A stretch of DNA of 64,000 bases from Orbicella franksi (Eukaryota). The notes below the pieces were generated by a model. It was not told where the DNA came from and did not search any database. It saw nothing but the letters and a program-made list of their open reading frames with translations. The stretch is taken from positions 2,294,001 through 2,358,000 of the forward strand of contig OZ116709.1 of NCBI GenBank assembly GCA_964199315.1, given 5' to 3'. Made by a program: the position numbers and the translations under genes. This document shows positions 62,298-64,000 of the stretch, piece by piece (the stretch's first letter is position 1; each line of letters starts with the position of its first letter).

Positions 62298-62779
62298 TGT
62301 AGCAAGTGTTTTACTGAGAAACAATCCACAAAACCACAAAATTCATCCACTTTATACACTCTGGTATGACTATGAGAGGACAAAATTCGAGGTTTATGGA
62401 TGTAGCTTAAGATCAAAGGTCTGATTTCCACAAAGAAGCTTGAATCACTCAGCAACAACTTAACAACAATGCTTCTTTTCCATCAGGAAGCTGAGATATG
62501 CTTACATGCAAGTGAAAAGTCATCGTCAAAATGCTGAAAAAGTCAAAGAGATTTTTAACTCTTACGGCATCGACTTCCCTCAAAATTTACATATAATTTC
62601 ACGACAGAATGAACTAAACTATAATCTTGGATGATTCAAAACATTCAAATTGCTATTTTAAAAAAAATTCCTCGTCGACAGACGCCATGTTTGCTTTGGT
62701 TACTGAAAATGTACCATGATGCAACACTTTCTTTCAAAAAGGACTGGGTAACCAGGCTTGTCCAGTTCTCAGGACCAAA
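62298..62779. promoter_or_regulatory. Bidirectional promoter and 5' UTR region between CCDC157 and OGFOD2
   Basis: Divergent starts. An acceptor at 62314-5 implies a non-coding first exon for CCDC157. Motifs CGCCATGTTT (62683) and CAAAATGGCG (62776) face opposite ways. Confidence 0.6.
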
Positions 62780-63948
62780 ATGGCGGACGCGGAAGAGTAT
62801 TTCGTTTGCCAATGTTTTTTCACTCATAACATTTTTCTTAAGGAATATGAAGCCCACGTTGTGTTCGAAAGTGAACAGCAATTTCAAAACGACTATCGGA
62901 AGGTATGTACAAATTTTGCCAATTCAAAGTTAATATCATATTCTGAACTTAGCATCGATTATCTGGTCATGAATTGAAAAGAAAAGTAGTACATTTAAGC
63001 TTATCGTTACATGAGAAGTAAGTGTAAATGTATTTATCTTACAGGAACTTTATAACAGAGGCTGCAAGACAGATGGACAATGGGTGAAGGTGCTTGAACA
63101 GGTAATCAAAATGCTCAAGCTTTATAATTTAACCTTATTTATCATATGTTGACTTTATTTAATCTTAGGTGAAGTTTCTCTGTGCACATGCTTCGCCAAT
63201 CTCTTTGTTCTGACCGTATTTACTCTTTGCAAACCTGATAGATTCAGTTACAATATTTAGGTTCAGGGTGAAGTAGAAAGGAGAAGAATGATGCGAAGAG
63301 ATGCACAGAAACGGAAAAAGATTATTGCTGCTATTTATAAACCACTACATCCTCATTTATACACTCTGCAGGTAAACTTTAAGCATTTTTGAACTCTAAA
63401 CCTTTTGAAATATAGTCTTTTGTGTATGTTAGCATTTCCACATCAGTGATGTAAATACGATCATATTGCAGAATTTCCTACCAGTCAACCTTTTAGTGAT
63501 TTTTGTGACTCTTCATTAATGCAGCCAGTTATTAAGCACTTGTCAACAGCCATCACCCTAATAAAGAACTAAGTGGAAGTTTAATGCATGTATTATACTT
63601 CATGTATTTTGAATTATGTAATACTTACCAGGGCTGTCAATATGGGCCATAACCCATAGCACCTGTTTACAGCTGAGCATGCTTGATGGGCCCTTGATGG
63701 TATGGGTGAACTTGCCCGTAGTTGGTACAATTCACCCATAAGCAACAATTTTGATACAGATGTGAAGATCAAGGCTACAGATTAAAAAAAAAAAACCTTA
63801 ATGACATCCCTGCTAAGTGTCATATCTTTTGTAAAAACATTTCAGGAATCATTCCTTGCTGACAGCTTTCTTTCCATGGTACAGTATGCAAGAGATAATG
63901 AGGAGGCTACAGCTGCTGGCTTACTTTCTATGGTAAAACAATGTGATG
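62780..63948 (+). CDS. OGFOD2: 2-oxoglutarate/Fe(II)-dependent oxygenase domain protein 2, 5' part (runs off the window)
   Basis: Exons 62780-62902 (FVCQCFFTHNIFLKEY..HV.F.SEQQF..DY), 63045-63101, 63261-63371 (EVERR..Y.PLHP..Y), and 63846 to about 63948. The last donor is uncertain. Confidence 0.85.
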
Positions 63949-64000
63949 GCAAGTGGGAGATTCTGTATCAAATCCCATTAGGGAGCAACGCCCTAGCAGA

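Overview
Eukaryotic, AT-rich, intron-containing animal DNA. The gene content and repeat families look like an anthozoan or stony-coral genome (inference, not proven). No prokaryotic features or CRISPR arrays are present. Spliced models were built by hand from splice signals and recalled homology; the seven complete models stay in frame to a stop. In order: (1) the 3' end of a probable Ygr210/archaeal-YchF-like GTPase TGS domain (+); (2) a 245-aa stand-alone ZDP/Tpp1-like DNA 3'-phosphatase with an N-terminal PIP box and no kinase or FHA domain (-); (3) RBM19 (+, 15 exons), with an inverted tRNA-Glu pair in intron 10 and a U12-type last intron; (4) Lhx1/5 (-); (5) FBXW8 (-), with a decayed LINE in intron 1; (6) ZDHHC5/8 (+), with a U12-type intron and a conserved PDZ ligand; (7) tRNA-Leu(TAG); (8) CRCP/RPC9 (-, 7 small exons missed by the ORF track, one GC-AG intron); (9) a mosaic region holding a duplicated CCDC157 pseudo-exon; (10) CCDC157 (-), with a C-terminal C2HC zinc finger; (11) the 5' part of OGFOD2 (+). 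Many SINEs and MITEs are interspersed. The most notable points are the PCNA-tethered phosphatase-only repair enzyme candidate, the ancient RBM19-Lhx1/5 microsynteny (human orthologues of the block lie at 12q24, 22q11-12 and 7q11), and two minor-spliceosome introns.
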